Shown here: piece after piece, positions 28,256 to 38,268 of the stretch | Numbering within the stretch: the first letter of the stretch is position 1 | How the letters are laid out: each line of letters starts with the position of its first letter | Translations under genes and position numbers: made by a program | The notes under the pieces: generated by a model | Database searches by the model: none | Told to the model about the DNA's origin: nothing | Seen by the model: only the letters and a program-made list of their open reading frames with translations | Assembly: GCA_963737905.1 (NCBI GenBank) | Contig: CAVTUQ010000004.1 | Location: 142,270 to 206,269, forward strand | Direction of reading: 5' to 3' | DNA from: an uncultured delta proteobacterium | Lineage (GTDB): Bacteria > Desulfobacterota > Binatia > UBA9968 | DNA length: 64,000 nucleotides

Positions 28256-29851
28256 CTAAGGCTTCCTCCGCTGTCCCGTCTGCTTCTCGCCGGTTACAAA
28301 ATAATCACCTTTCACCGCCAGCTCTGCTTCCTCTTCATCCTCCTGTGTCCACGCGCCGAGACTGTAGCCGTGCCACGGCATCCGCGGTTTAAGCGCCGGG
28401 AGTCCCAATTCTTCCCAAATCGCTTTGGATCTCTCCATGAACTCCCTTTTAGGGAGGGAAACCGGCGTGTAAGGCCATGGGCGCACGGCATTGATCAACA
28501 ACGCTCCGATGGATGCCATCCGGACATCGAGACTTTCCATTCCAGGAGGATGCGACGATGGGTCGAGTCCGGGCGGTTTTCCTTTGGCGATAAAAATATC
28601 TTCCTCCGGTCTCACATTGAAACAGATCGCCCAGTTAACCATCGCCGGATCATGGATATCGATGTCCTCGTCGACGGCAATACAGACCTTCGCGTAGGCT
28701 CCCGTGAAGCCCGCCGACGCATTCAATGCTCTCCACGCGTCGGCCTTTGTGGCGTTGCGCATCTTGATGACGCAGTACGCCTGTCCACTACCGCTGACCT
28801 CGTCGTGCAAAGCAACGTCTAAGACCGCCGCGTTGCCGCTATCGTGGCGCAAGAATTTATAGATGATCTTTTCTGTCCCGGTGTGTTTGATTTTGCTACT
28901 TTCGCTGGGGGGAAACTGGCTCATCAGAGCCGTGTAAATAGCGTCCTTGCGGTGCGTAATGCAGGTCACCTGCAGATACGGAGACATCGTCCGGTGGCCC
29001 ATGTATCCCGGATATTCGCCGAATGGCCCTTCGGGCTCAATGGAATCCGTCGGAATAATTCCTTCTATGATTATTTCCGCTGTCGCCGGAACAAGCAGGT
29101 CGATGGTCTTGCAAGGCACCACGGGCACGGCTTCTCCTGCTAATCCGCCGGCGAGCCGGTATTCGTCAAAATCGTACGGTATCTTTGCGGTAGCCGAGTA
29201 TGCGATGTTCGGAGTGACGCCGATGGCAATGGCTGCCTCGAGCGGCACGCCCATGGTTTTGCATTTGCGCCAGTGCAACCCCATGTGTTGAGAAGTAAAA
29301 AATCCACCGGCGCGGTCCGGCGCCTTTATCTGGCTGCGATAGTTGCCGATATTGTATACGCCGGTTTCCGGATCCTTAGTGATCCAATTGGCCGAAGTGA
29401 GATACGGTGCGTTATCGAAACCCGGAGTCGAGATCGGAACTGGAATCATATCGAGGCCGTGACCGTTGAGTAAATCTTTGCTCTGCCATACGACTTCCTG
29501 AGCCGGACCCGATTCAACTACTACCGGATCTACAGGGTGCAGCTGCGCTTGCGTCCAGCGCTCGTGGATTTCATCCGGTTCGCACATCATCCCGATCGCG
29601 TATATCTCAGTGGTGGCTGCCAAGGTGCCGACGGTTACCGGCATCGGGTATTTTTTCCCTTTCGCGTCGATGACGTTCTCAAACAAGAACGCCTTACGTT
29701 GACCCTCATCGAGACCGCGAAACTGCCAACGCACCAGGGGCATTAGTTCCGTATCTTTGTTGATCTCTCGCTCGATTCTGATTAGCTTTCCGCGCTCCTC
29801 CAGTGCCTTTACATGCTCGCGAAAATCTCGGTAATATTTTTTATTCGCCAT
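28256..29851 (-). CDS. UbiD-family prFMN-dependent (de)carboxylase
   Basis: AFLFENV, NIGNYR, VPATAEIIIEG, EGPFGEYPGY and AVDEDID motifs. Confidence 0.9.
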   Translation of the reverse strand: MANKKYYRDFREHVKALEERGKLIRIEREINKDTELMPLVRWQFRGLDEGQRKAFLFENVIDAKGKKYPMPVTVGTLAATTEIYAIGMMCEPDEIHERWTQAQLHPVDPVVVESGPAQEVVWQSKDLLNGHGLDMIPVPISTPGFDNAPYLTSANWITKDPETGVYNIGNYRSQIKAPDRAGGFFTSQHMGLHWRKCKTMGVPLEAAIAIGVTPNIAYSATAKIPYDFDEYRLAGGLAGEAVPVVPCKTIDLLVPATAEIIIEGIIPTDSIEPEGPFGEYPGYMGHRTMSPYLQVTCITHRKDAIYTALMSQFPPSESSKIKHTGTEKIIYKFLRHDSGNAAVLDVALHDEVSGSGQAYCVIKMRNATKADAWRALNASAGFTGAYAKVCIAVDEDIDIHDPAMVNWAICFNVRPEEDIFIAKGKPPGLDPSSHPPGMESLDVRMASIGALLINAVRPWPYTPVSLPKREFMERSKAIWEELGLPALKPRMPWHGYSLGAWTQEDEEEAELAVKGDYFVTGEKQTGQRRKP

Positions 29852-29992
29852 CGCTCTCTCCGGTGATAAAGTTCTCCTCCCATCTATCATCTGCGATGTC
29901 CTACTTGTCAAGCAAACAGTTGACAATGACGATGACCTGACCTAACTCTTGAGGCAGTAATTTGCCGCAGCATAGATTAAAGTCATTAGACC

Positions 29993-31186
29993 ATGACCTT
30001 CGCTCGAGAAATTCTCTGCCCCCGCTGTCACAATCGCTTTGCCCTCTCTCAATTGCTCAACCTTTGCTCGTGCGGTTCGCCTTTGCTCGTGCGCTACGAT
30101 CTAAAAACAGCTTCGGTGGCGCTCGCCAAATCCTCTCTGCGCGGTCGAGCCCCAACGCTTTGGCGCTACCGCGAGCTATTACCGCTGGAGGATGACGCAA
30201 ATCTGATCTCGTTAGGGGAAGGCTTCACGCCGCTTCTCAAGGCAAAAACCCTAGCCCGGGAATGCGGGGTGCAAAAACTTTGGATCAAAGACGAGGCGCA
30301 GAATCCCACCGGATCATTCAAAGATCGGGGGCTTTCGCTCGCGGTCTCGCGTGCCAAAGAGCTCGGAGTAAAAAAAATCGCCATCCCTTCCGCCGGGAAC
30401 GCCGGCGGCTCGCTCTCCGCCTATGCGGCGCGCGCCGGAATCGAGGCTCATGTCTTTATGCCCAAGGACACCCCTTTGGCAAACCAGATTGAAGCGCGGC
30501 AGTATGGCGCGCGGCTCACTCTGGTGGATGGCTTGATCAACGATTGCGGCAGGATTATCGCCGAAAGAAAAACCGCCGAAGGTTGGTTTGACGTCTCGAC
30601 GCTCAAGGAACCCTACCGGGTCGAAGGCAAGAAGACCATGGGGTATGAAATCGCCGAGCAGCTTAACTGGAAGCTGCCGGACGTGATTATCTATCCCACC
30701 GGTGGCGGCACCGGCCTTATCGGGATGTGGAAGGCTTTTAGCGAGATGGAAGAAATGGGCTGGTTGGGTAAAGATCGGCCGCGCATGGTTTCGGTGCAGG
30801 CTAGCGGCTGCGCTCCGATTGTAAGAGCGTTTGAGGAAGGCAAGGATGCAGCAGAGCCGTGGCAAGACGCGAAGACTGTCGCTTCCGGCTTGCGCGTGCC
30901 CCAGGCGGTGGCCGATTTCTTGATGCTAAAGGCTCTGCGAGAGAGCAAAGGCACAGCGCTAAGCGTTTCCGACGATGACATGCTCGCGGAGATTCCGCGC
31001 GTTGGCCGCGCCGAAGGAATCTTTTTTTGCCCCGAGGGGGCCGCTTGCGTCGCAGCCTTGCGCCAACTAACGCAGCAAGGATGGATCAAGCCCAACGATG
31101 AGGTCGTGATCTTTAATACCGCCACGGGCCTCAAATACTTGGATGTGCTCCAGGACACCCCGCCAACAAACAAGCATCTCGCGTAA
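29993..31186 (+). CDS. Threonine synthase-like PLP enzyme
   Basis: LGEGFTPL, NPTGSFKDRG, SAGNAG, EGKKTMGYE and PTGGGTG motifs. Confidence 0.85.
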   Translation: MTFAREILCPRCHNRFALSQLLNLCSCGSPLLVRYDLKTASVALAKSSLRGRAPTLWRYRELLPLEDDANLISLGEGFTPLLKAKTLARECGVQKLWIKDEAQNPTGSFKDRGLSLAVSRAKELGVKKIAIPSAGNAGGSLSAYAARAGIEAHVFMPKDTPLANQIEARQYGARLTLVDGLINDCGRIIAERKTAEGWFDVSTLKEPYRVEGKKTMGYEIAEQLNWKLPDVIIYPTGGGTGLIGMWKAFSEMEEMGWLGKDRPRMVSVQASGCAPIVRAFEEGKDAAEPWQDAKTVASGLRVPQAVADFLMLKALRESKGTALSVSDDDMLAEIPRVGRAEGIFFCPEGAACVAALRQLTQQGWIKPNDEVVIFNTATGLKYLDVLQDTPPTNKHLA

Positions 31187-31214
31187 TGAATTCCACTTTT
31201 TTCCATCGACAGCC

Positions 31215-32198
31215 GTGAAGCGAACAGCGCGAAAAAAAGTCGCAGTCCTCGGCGCTCGTTACGGCGACCTGGCCGTCGAGAGACGGATGCTGGATCCGCT
31301 GGGAGTCGATCTATTCGAATCCCGAGGAGCGACCGAAGATGAGATTGTCGGCGCTTCTGCGGAGGCTCAAGTAATACTTTGTGGCGGCGCCCCCAAGATC
31401 AGCGCAGCGGTTATTCGGCGGCTTCCTGAACTGAAGGCCGTCGTGCGGTATGGTATCGGCGTCGATACGGTAGATCTCGCCGAATGCACCAAGCGCGGTA
31501 TTTACGTCGCCAACATTCCCGACTACTGCATCGAAGAGGTCGCAACCCACGCGCTAGCGCTCATTTTGTCGTGGGCAAGAAAGATTCCCATCGCCCGAGC
31601 AAATACCCGCGCCGGACACTGGGATGTCGCTTCCGTTAAACCCCTGCAATCACCACGAGAGCTTGTCTTGGGCATCTTGGGGTTCGGCCGGATCGCGCAA
31701 AGTCTTTGCCGCATGGCTCGCGGAATCGGTTTCCAAGTTTGGGCCAGCGACCCTTATGTGGCAAAAAGCCGTATCTTGAAGAAGGGAGCACGACCGGTTT
31801 CTCTCAATATCCTTGTCCGCCAATCTGACTTCATCTCACTGCATCTGCCGCTGAGCACTAAGACGCGGCACATCATCAATGCCGAACAGTTGAAAAAGAT
31901 GAAGCCCACGGCCTATTTGGTGAACACGGCGAGAGGTGAGCTGATCGATGAACAAGCGCTGCAGGCCGCATTGAACCGCGGCGACCTCGCTGGGGCAGCG
32001 TTGGATGTGATGGAAATAGAGCCGCCAAGCCCCGACCACCCGCTGCGCACCCTGAAAAATCTCATCCTGACCCCACATTGCGCCTGGTACACGGAACGTT
32101 CACAAAACGAACTCCGCCGAAAGGCTTGTGACGAAGTGATTCGAGTGCTTCGCGGAGGCGTTCCTAAGAGCATTGTTAATACGGAAGTCTTACGATAG
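31215..32198 (+). CDS. D-2-hydroxyacid dehydrogenase, CtBP-like
   Basis: RYGIGVD, NIPDYCIEEVA, GFGRIA, VNTARG and TPHCAWY motifs. Confidence 0.88.
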   Translation: MKRTARKKVAVLGARYGDLAVERRMLDPLGVDLFESRGATEDEIVGASAEAQVILCGGAPKISAAVIRRLPELKAVVRYGIGVDTVDLAECTKRGIYVANIPDYCIEEVATHALALILSWARKIPIARANTRAGHWDVASVKPLQSPRELVLGILGFGRIAQSLCRMARGIGFQVWASDPYVAKSRILKKGARPVSLNILVRQSDFISLHLPLSTKTRHIINAEQLKKMKPTAYLVNTARGELIDEQALQAALNRGDLAGAALDVMEIEPPSPDHPLRTLKNLILTPHCAWYTERSQNELRRKACDEVIRVLRGGVPKSIVNTEVLR

Positions 32199-32280
32199 AT
32201 AGAAACCAAGCCTCCAGGCCCAAGCCTTTATGGCGGCGATCTTATTGGCTGAGTCGATAAGAGAAGAAAGGAGATTTCTC

Positions 32281-33297
32281 ATGAAGGGCAGACAGTTTCT
32301 CGTGGCTCTCGCTATCCTTGGCTTTGTATTCGATGCCTACGCACAAAAAGATCCGTTGCTCGATGCCGCTAAGCGCGAGGGGAAAGTGGTTTTCTACTCC
32401 TCGGAAGATCGCACGGCTCTTACGGATCCGGTAAAGGTCTTTGACAGTAAGTATGGCATCCCCGTGGATCTCAACAGGCAATCGACCGGACGGATTCTCA
32501 AGGTCGCCCAGTCTGAATTCGAGACGAATACAGTTCGATCCGACGTATTGGACATCACCAACCCCCTGGTCTTCTTTGACTGGAAAAAGAAGGGCTATTT
32601 GAAGCAATGGAAAGCCAGCCACGCTGATGATCAGGTCTCAGACCTCTTCAGAGACAACGACGATACGATCTGGTCCAGAAGGTTACTGATCACCTGCATC
32701 GGCTACAACAAAAAAAACATCGGTGAGGCTGAGGCGCCGAAGAGCTGGCAAGAGCTGGTTACGCCGAAGTGGAAAGACAAAGTTGTTACTGCCGGTCCGG
32801 AATCCGGGCCTACCTTCGGCTGGATTGTCTACATGAGCAAGAAATTCGGCTGGGATTATTTCGACAAGCTCCACGCCAATAATCCGATCGTCGCCCCGAG
32901 TAGCGATGAGACCGTGGCCCTCTTGGCTACAGGAGAGAGGCCGGTCGCGATTGTCAATTGCTTCGACATCCTTGAAGCCGGGGCGCAAGGCTCTCCGGTA
33001 GGAAACATCTTTCCCACCGACGGTCTCGGGGTCTGGTGGGCTGGACTGGCGATTCCCAAGGCGGCCCCTCATCCGAATGCCGCGCTGCTCTTGGCGAACT
33101 TCGTGATGAGCGCCGAGGGCGCCGCCGCGGCGTCCAAGGGTCGGCATGGTTACATCGCTTACCTCAACAAAGATACGCCGATGGCCAAGGTCTTACCGCC
33201 TATGAAGGAACTGGTGAAAGGCTATCCGAAGATCGATTGGGCCACTCTCGATCCCGCGCAGATCACCAAAGAGTTTCGCAAGCGGATGGGGCAATAG
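32281..33297 (+). CDS. ABC substrate-binding protein (Fe3+/AfuA-like cluster)
   Basis: Signal peptide; AAKREGKVVFYS, APKSWQEL and APHPNAALL motifs. Confidence 0.85.
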   Translation: MKGRQFLVALAILGFVFDAYAQKDPLLDAAKREGKVVFYSSEDRTALTDPVKVFDSKYGIPVDLNRQSTGRILKVAQSEFETNTVRSDVLDITNPLVFFDWKKKGYLKQWKASHADDQVSDLFRDNDDTIWSRRLLITCIGYNKKNIGEAEAPKSWQELVTPKWKDKVVTAGPESGPTFGWIVYMSKKFGWDYFDKLHANNPIVAPSSDETVALLATGERPVAIVNCFDILEAGAQGSPVGNIFPTDGLGVWWAGLAIPKAAPHPNAALLLANFVMSAEGAAAASKGRHGYIAYLNKDTPMAKVLPPMKELVKGYPKIDWATLDPAQITKEFRKRMGQ

Positions 33298-33318
33298 TAG
33301 CTTCTGTTAGGCAGGGCT

Positions 33319-35064
33319 ATGGCGAAGAACGCGGACCGGCCGCTCTCACTGGGGGAAGAGAGTAACCAGGGTTTGTCGCTGCCCAGGCGCGCATTAGGAC
33401 CGGCGTTCCTTATCGTCTCCCGCAGCCTTCCCGTAATTCTTCCCCTTCTCGTCCTGGCGGTCCTTGTTCTCTATCCTGTAGCCGGACTCGTCGGCTCCAG
33501 CTTCTTTGGCGAAAATGGCTTTACACTCGCTAATTATACTCAGTTGCTGTCCCCGCGCTTCTTCAAAATAATGGCCAATACGGTGACGCTGGGCCTCGGC
33601 TCGGCCATATTGGCTACGGCGGTGGGAACGATCTTCGCCTGGCTGTGCGTTTGCACGGATCTGCCCTTTAGAAAAATCTTCACGATCCTTCATATCGCTC
33701 CGTACGGCTTGCCTACCATCGCCGCCGCTCTCGCTTGGATATTCCTACTTACTCCCAAGGCCGGACTCTTCAACAGATTTCTCATGTGGCTGTTTGGTAT
33801 GGAAACCGCGCCTTTTAACATACTAAGCATGCCCGGCATGATATGGGCCCTATGCGCTCACTTATACCCGTGGGCTTTCCTACTCACCTCGGGGGCCTTC
33901 GCGACGATGGACCGGTCGCTGGAGGATGCGGCGCGAATGAGCGGGGCGAGCGAATTCAAGACGTTTCGGAAGATCACTGTGCCGCTTGTCACGCCGAGCA
34001 TCGCCGCCGCATTCATTCTGGTATTTAGCATATCGATTGAACAGTTCTCGATTGGGGGGACCATTGGGGTACTCGCAAGGATTCCCATCTTGCCTGTGGA
34101 AATCTACAGATCCATCGCCGTCTATCCCCCGGATTGGGGATTTGCCACCACATTGTCAGTGGTTCTCCTTTGCCTAACCAGCTTGCTTGTCTATGGACAA
34201 AACAGAATCCTGGCAGGAAAGTCCTTTGTCACGGTCACTGGGAAAGAGACCATGGAGCGCGTCAAGCTCGGTAAGTGGCGCTGGATCGCTTTCAGCCTTT
34301 CGGTGGTTTTTGTTTCCTTCGCCGTCGTCCTACCTTACATCGGGATCATCATGGTGTCGCTGAGCCCCTCGTTGGGCGCGGATTTGACGCTCCACAATTT
34401 TACTTTCAAGCACTATGCCTACATTTTCACCGAGCATCCCTTTGTTTTCCGCGCTATTGGAAACAGCTTTTTCTTGGCCTTTTCCGCGGCAACTCTGCTC
34501 GCGATTTTCACGTTGGCGGTGGCGGTCGTGGTCAAGCGCGGCCAGGCTCCAGGACGGGGAATACTGGGCTACCTGACTCGATGGCCCATCGCCATCCCGG
34601 GCAGCGTCATCGCTGTATCGCTCCTTTACGCCTATATCAAACCTCCCTTGCAACTGGTCGGGACAATGTGGATCCTTTTACTCGCGTACTTGATTCGAAA
34701 CCTCCCCTATGCCTACAGCGCAGCCTACGCGGGGCTCTCGAGGGTCGACCCCACGCTCGAGGAGGCTGCAAGAATTCACAGTACCCCGGCGCGCCGGACT
34801 TTTTTTCGCATTATCGTGCCGCTGACGATTCCCAGCGTCATGGCCGGATGGGTAATCGCTTTTATCAACTCCCTAAGAGAGCTACCGGCCTCACTGTTGC
34901 TGTTCTCACCAGGGAATGAAACCATCTCTGTAGCCATCTACGAGATGTTTGAAGAGGGAGCATTTCAGTTGACCAACGCCGCGGCGCTTATGACCTTGCT
35001 TTCGCTGATAACGGTTTTACCAGCCGTTATAATTCGCCTGCGATCTCGCGAAGCGGCAAGTTAA
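33319..35064 (+). CDS. ABC permease, duplicated FbpB-type
   Basis: Two EAA loops: DRSLEDAARMSG and DPTLEEAAR. Confidence 0.9.
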   Translation: MAKNADRPLSLGEESNQGLSLPRRALGPAFLIVSRSLPVILPLLVLAVLVLYPVAGLVGSSFFGENGFTLANYTQLLSPRFFKIMANTVTLGLGSAILATAVGTIFAWLCVCTDLPFRKIFTILHIAPYGLPTIAAALAWIFLLTPKAGLFNRFLMWLFGMETAPFNILSMPGMIWALCAHLYPWAFLLTSGAFATMDRSLEDAARMSGASEFKTFRKITVPLVTPSIAAAFILVFSISIEQFSIGGTIGVLARIPILPVEIYRSIAVYPPDWGFATTLSVVLLCLTSLLVYGQNRILAGKSFVTVTGKETMERVKLGKWRWIAFSLSVVFVSFAVVLPYIGIIMVSLSPSLGADLTLHNFTFKHYAYIFTEHPFVFRAIGNSFFLAFSAATLLAIFTLAVAVVVKRGQAPGRGILGYLTRWPIAIPGSVIAVSLLYAYIKPPLQLVGTMWILLLAYLIRNLPYAYSAAYAGLSRVDPTLEEAARIHSTPARRTFFRIIVPLTIPSVMAGWVIAFINSLRELPASLLLFSPGNETISVAIYEMFEEGAFQLTNAAALMTLLSLITVLPAVIIRLRSREAAS

Positions 35065-35083
35065 AAAGGAAGCGACGTCACAC

Positions 35084-36166
35084 TTGGCATATGTCGAGCT
35101 GAAAAATCTCCGCAAGCTGTACGGTAAGACGGTCGCTGTCGATGGCGTCGATCTCGAGATAGGGAAAGGTGAATTCATGACCCTATTGGGACCCAGCGGC
35201 TGCGGAAAAACCACCACCTTGAGGATGATTGCAGGGCTCGTTGAACCGACGGACGGAGAAATCAGTGTGGGCGGCAAATTATTGTCCTCGCCCGGCACGA
35301 AGGCAGTCCCCCCGGAAAAGAGGAACATGGGGATGGTCTTCCAAAGCTTCGCCGTATGGCCTCACATGAGCGTTTTCGAGAACGTGGCCTTTCCCCTGCA
35401 TAACCTGAAAATGTCCAACGATGAAATCCGCAAACGGGTGCATGCCGCATTGGAGCTAGTCAAATTGGCCGGACTGGAAGATCGGTATCCCTCCCACTTG
35501 AGCGGCGGTCAGCAGCAGCGGGTCGCCTTGGCTCGCGCCATGGCTGTCGAGCCCGACATCTTGTTGTTCGATGAGCCTCTGAGCAATCTCGATGCAAAGC
35601 TAAGAGAAGAGATGAGATTCGAGTTGAAAGAAATTCAACGAAGAATCGGCGTAACATCGATTTACGTCACCCACGATCAAGCGGAGGCGATGGCCATTTC
35701 CGATCGGATCGCCGTCATGTTCCAAGGAAAAATCAAGCAGATCGGGATCCCGTGCGACATTTACGATAGCCCGCAGGACACATTTACCGCGGAATTCATA
35801 GGGCTCGCCAATCACTTGCCCGGCACGGTGACAGGCGAGAGCGTCGTCAGATTGACGAGTCAACAGGACCTGGTGATCAATGGATCCACCGGTGCGAAAT
35901 TGGGAGCGGAAGTATTGGTCTCGATTCGCCCGCATAATATTAAGATCAAGACCGTAGATCGAACGGATAACGGCGAAAAGAACCAACTCTGCGGAGTGGT
36001 CGACAAGGTCGCCTATCTTGGCGATAGAGTTGATTACCGGATCTTGGTCGGCGACAGCGCGATCAGAGTTCAGACCGAACCCGGAGAGATCTTTACGGAG
36101 GGAACGAAGGTGTTGCTAGTGCTTCCTCCCGGTAAAATCGGTGTCATTCCGGCAAGGGTACAATGA
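35084..36166 (+). CDS. ABC ATP-binding protein (PotA/FbpC type, TOBE domain)
   Basis: GPSGCGKTT, LSGGQQQRVALARA and DEPLSNLDAKLR motifs. Confidence 0.93.
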   Translation: MAYVELKNLRKLYGKTVAVDGVDLEIGKGEFMTLLGPSGCGKTTTLRMIAGLVEPTDGEISVGGKLLSSPGTKAVPPEKRNMGMVFQSFAVWPHMSVFENVAFPLHNLKMSNDEIRKRVHAALELVKLAGLEDRYPSHLSGGQQQRVALARAMAVEPDILLFDEPLSNLDAKLREEMRFELKEIQRRIGVTSIYVTHDQAEAMAISDRIAVMFQGKIKQIGIPCDIYDSPQDTFTAEFIGLANHLPGTVTGESVVRLTSQQDLVINGSTGAKLGAEVLVSIRPHNIKIKTVDRTDNGEKNQLCGVVDKVAYLGDRVDYRILVGDSAIRVQTEPGEIFTEGTKVLLVLPPGKIGVIPARVQ

Positions 36167-36193
36167 CTGGGATATTTTAGACGTTAAGACGGA

Positions 36194-36224
36194 AACTTTG
36201 AACCTTGAACCCGGAACTTTGAAC
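36194..36224. repeat. Degenerate tandem heptamer repeat (AACYTTG)n
   Basis: AACTTTG AACCTTG AACCCGG AACTTTG AAC. Confidence 0.7.
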
Positions 36225-36243
36225 GGCATTTTTCTTTTCTAAA

Positions 36244-37983
36244 ATGGACTCTAAGCCAGCACAGATACTCGACACGGACGTCCTCATCATTGGCGGAGGC
36301 GTAGCCGGGTGTCTCGCGGCTATTGGCGCGAGAGAGCTAGGCGCGCGCGTTGCAGTGATCGACAAGGGCGGACTACTAGAGCGTTGCGGCAGCATCGCGG
36401 CAGGGGTCGATCAGATCCTCGCGGTGGCCGACGATGGACCGGAGTGGGACACGCCCGATTATCTCCTCCAGCACATCCCCAAGCTCACCGATTACATCGT
36501 CGATATGAAGCCGGTGGAGACTTTTGTCCGGGGCCTCCCCGGTATGCTGCGAAAATTGGAAAAGCTGGGAGTTCCTTTTAAAGACCCTTCGACGGGAAAA
36601 TATTTCCGTCACCGGACCTTTGGCTTGCCGGGCGAGTATCACATCGATTTCGACGGCAGCAAGTTCAAGCCGAAAATTTCCCGTGCAGTGATCGATTCCA
36701 GCGCGCAGATTTTTCTTCGCACCATGGCGGTTAATTTCTTAACCCACAAAGATCAGGCAGTCGCCGCATCGCTATTCCACATCCGGACCGGCGAGTTTTA
36801 TCTTTTTCGCGCCAAAGCCATCGTTTTAGCCACTGGCGACACCAACCGGTTGTCGCGCAATTCGTCGGGACTTGCATTTGATAGTTGGCACTGCCCTTAC
36901 AACACGGGCGATGCCCAGGCCATGGCCGCGCGCCATGGCGCTTTGCTCGCCAATATGGAGTTCACCGAAAACACGATCACGCCGAAAGGCATTTCATCCC
37001 AGGGAACCAACTCGCTGACGGGACTTGGCGCTCATTTCATCAATGCCAAGGGAGAACGTTTCATGCTCAAATACGACCCCGCAGGCGAGCGAGCGAGACG
37101 AGATATACTGACCAGCGCCATCGTTACCGAAACACTAGGAGGCAACGCGCCGATTTATTGCGATTGCCGCCATCTGCCTGCGGATATACTTGAACGGCTG
37201 GAGGAAACCCTGGGTGTCGATCGCCCTTCTCTGCCGCGCTGGTTCAAAGAAAAAGGCATCGATCTCAAAAAAGAACCCTTCGAAGTCACGGTTTCGGAAT
37301 TTTCCTCGCGCCGCGGCGGCGTTTATTTCCGTGGCAGCGGCATTTTGATCGACGACAAAACCGCAACCAACATCCCCGGACTGTTTGCAGCCGGGGATTG
37401 CTGTACGGTGAGCGGAGGCATCTCTGGCGCCGCCGTCATGGGTTACGAAGCGGGCAAGCAAGCGGCACTATTCGGTCGTCACGATGGAGCCGAGCAGAGA
37501 GTTCAGGATCAAGAAATCGCGGCAGAAAAAGAGCGGCTTTTCTACCCTTGCCAGAACCTTGATGGAATTTCGCCGCGCGACTATGAAGACAAAGTCCGCC
37601 AGATCGTGACCGATTATATTGGCTATCAAAGAACCGAGGAAAAGCTGCGGAAGGCCGTCAAAGAGCTAAAGGAGTTGGAAAAAAAGGAATCGGCTCTCCT
37701 GGCCCACGACTATCATGAGCTCATGCGGGTGCATGAGGCGCGCAATATTCGCGAGGTCGCCGAGATGGTGGCCACGGCTGCCTTGGAGCGGCGCGAAAGC
37801 CGCGGCAGTTACTCCCATTTTCGTGGAGATTTCCCGCACCGCGACGATGCCAACTGGCGCAAGATGATCGTGCTAAAAAAACGGGATGCGGGTTACGAAA
37901 TAGATTACCGATCGATTGGGCTTGAAAGATCCGCCCACGGAGAAAAGCGATGCCCATATTCATTAACCAGGATCTTTGCGTGA
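36244..37983 (+). CDS. AprA/SdhA-family FAD flavoprotein
   Basis: IIGGGVAGC, IVLATGD, NTGDAQAMA, GLFAAGD and ERRESRG motifs. Confidence 0.85.
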   Translation: MDSKPAQILDTDVLIIGGGVAGCLAAIGARELGARVAVIDKGGLLERCGSIAAGVDQILAVADDGPEWDTPDYLLQHIPKLTDYIVDMKPVETFVRGLPGMLRKLEKLGVPFKDPSTGKYFRHRTFGLPGEYHIDFDGSKFKPKISRAVIDSSAQIFLRTMAVNFLTHKDQAVAASLFHIRTGEFYLFRAKAIVLATGDTNRLSRNSSGLAFDSWHCPYNTGDAQAMAARHGALLANMEFTENTITPKGISSQGTNSLTGLGAHFINAKGERFMLKYDPAGERARRDILTSAIVTETLGGNAPIYCDCRHLPADILERLEETLGVDRPSLPRWFKEKGIDLKKEPFEVTVSEFSSRRGGVYFRGSGILIDDKTATNIPGLFAAGDCCTVSGGISGAAVMGYEAGKQAALFGRHDGAEQRVQDQEIAAEKERLFYPCQNLDGISPRDYEDKVRQIVTDYIGYQRTEEKLRKAVKELKELEKKESALLAHDYHELMRVHEARNIREVAEMVATAALERRESRGSYSHFRGDFPHRDDANWRKMIVLKKRDAGYEIDYRSIGLERSAHGEKRCPYSLTRIFA

Positions 37984-38195
37984 AAGGGTGCACGCTCTGC
38001 GACCAGTTTTGTCCCGGAGATATTATTTATCGTCTGGACCCGCAGAAAATACCGGTGATAAAATACGAAGACGAATGCTGGTACTGCGGCAGCTGCGAAG
38101 AGTATTGTCCGACCGACGCGGTGAAGATCGTATTTCCCCCGGAAATGCTTCATTCCGAAATCCAAGCGGAGAGCTTGTTTGGCGAGGCCAGCTAA
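37950..38195 (+). CDS. 2x[4Fe-4S] ferredoxin, AprB-like
   Basis: CVKGCTLCDQFCP and ECWYCGSCEEYCP motifs. Confidence 0.88.
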   Translation: MPIFINQDLCVKGCTLCDQFCPGDIIYRLDPQKIPVIKYEDECWYCGSCEEYCPTDAVKIVFPPEMLHSEIQAESLFGEAS

Positions 38196-38268
38196 CGAAA
38201 CTAAGAACAAAGATAATGGACCGACGAAGCTCTAATAAGATCAGCCAATAGAGAGGAGCTGGAGGCGA

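Noticed and set aside
36244-38195. Dissimilatory APS reductase (aprAB) or succinate dehydrogenase
   Set aside because: The ferredoxin lacks the AprB tail, and no sat, qmo or sdhBCD genes are nearby.
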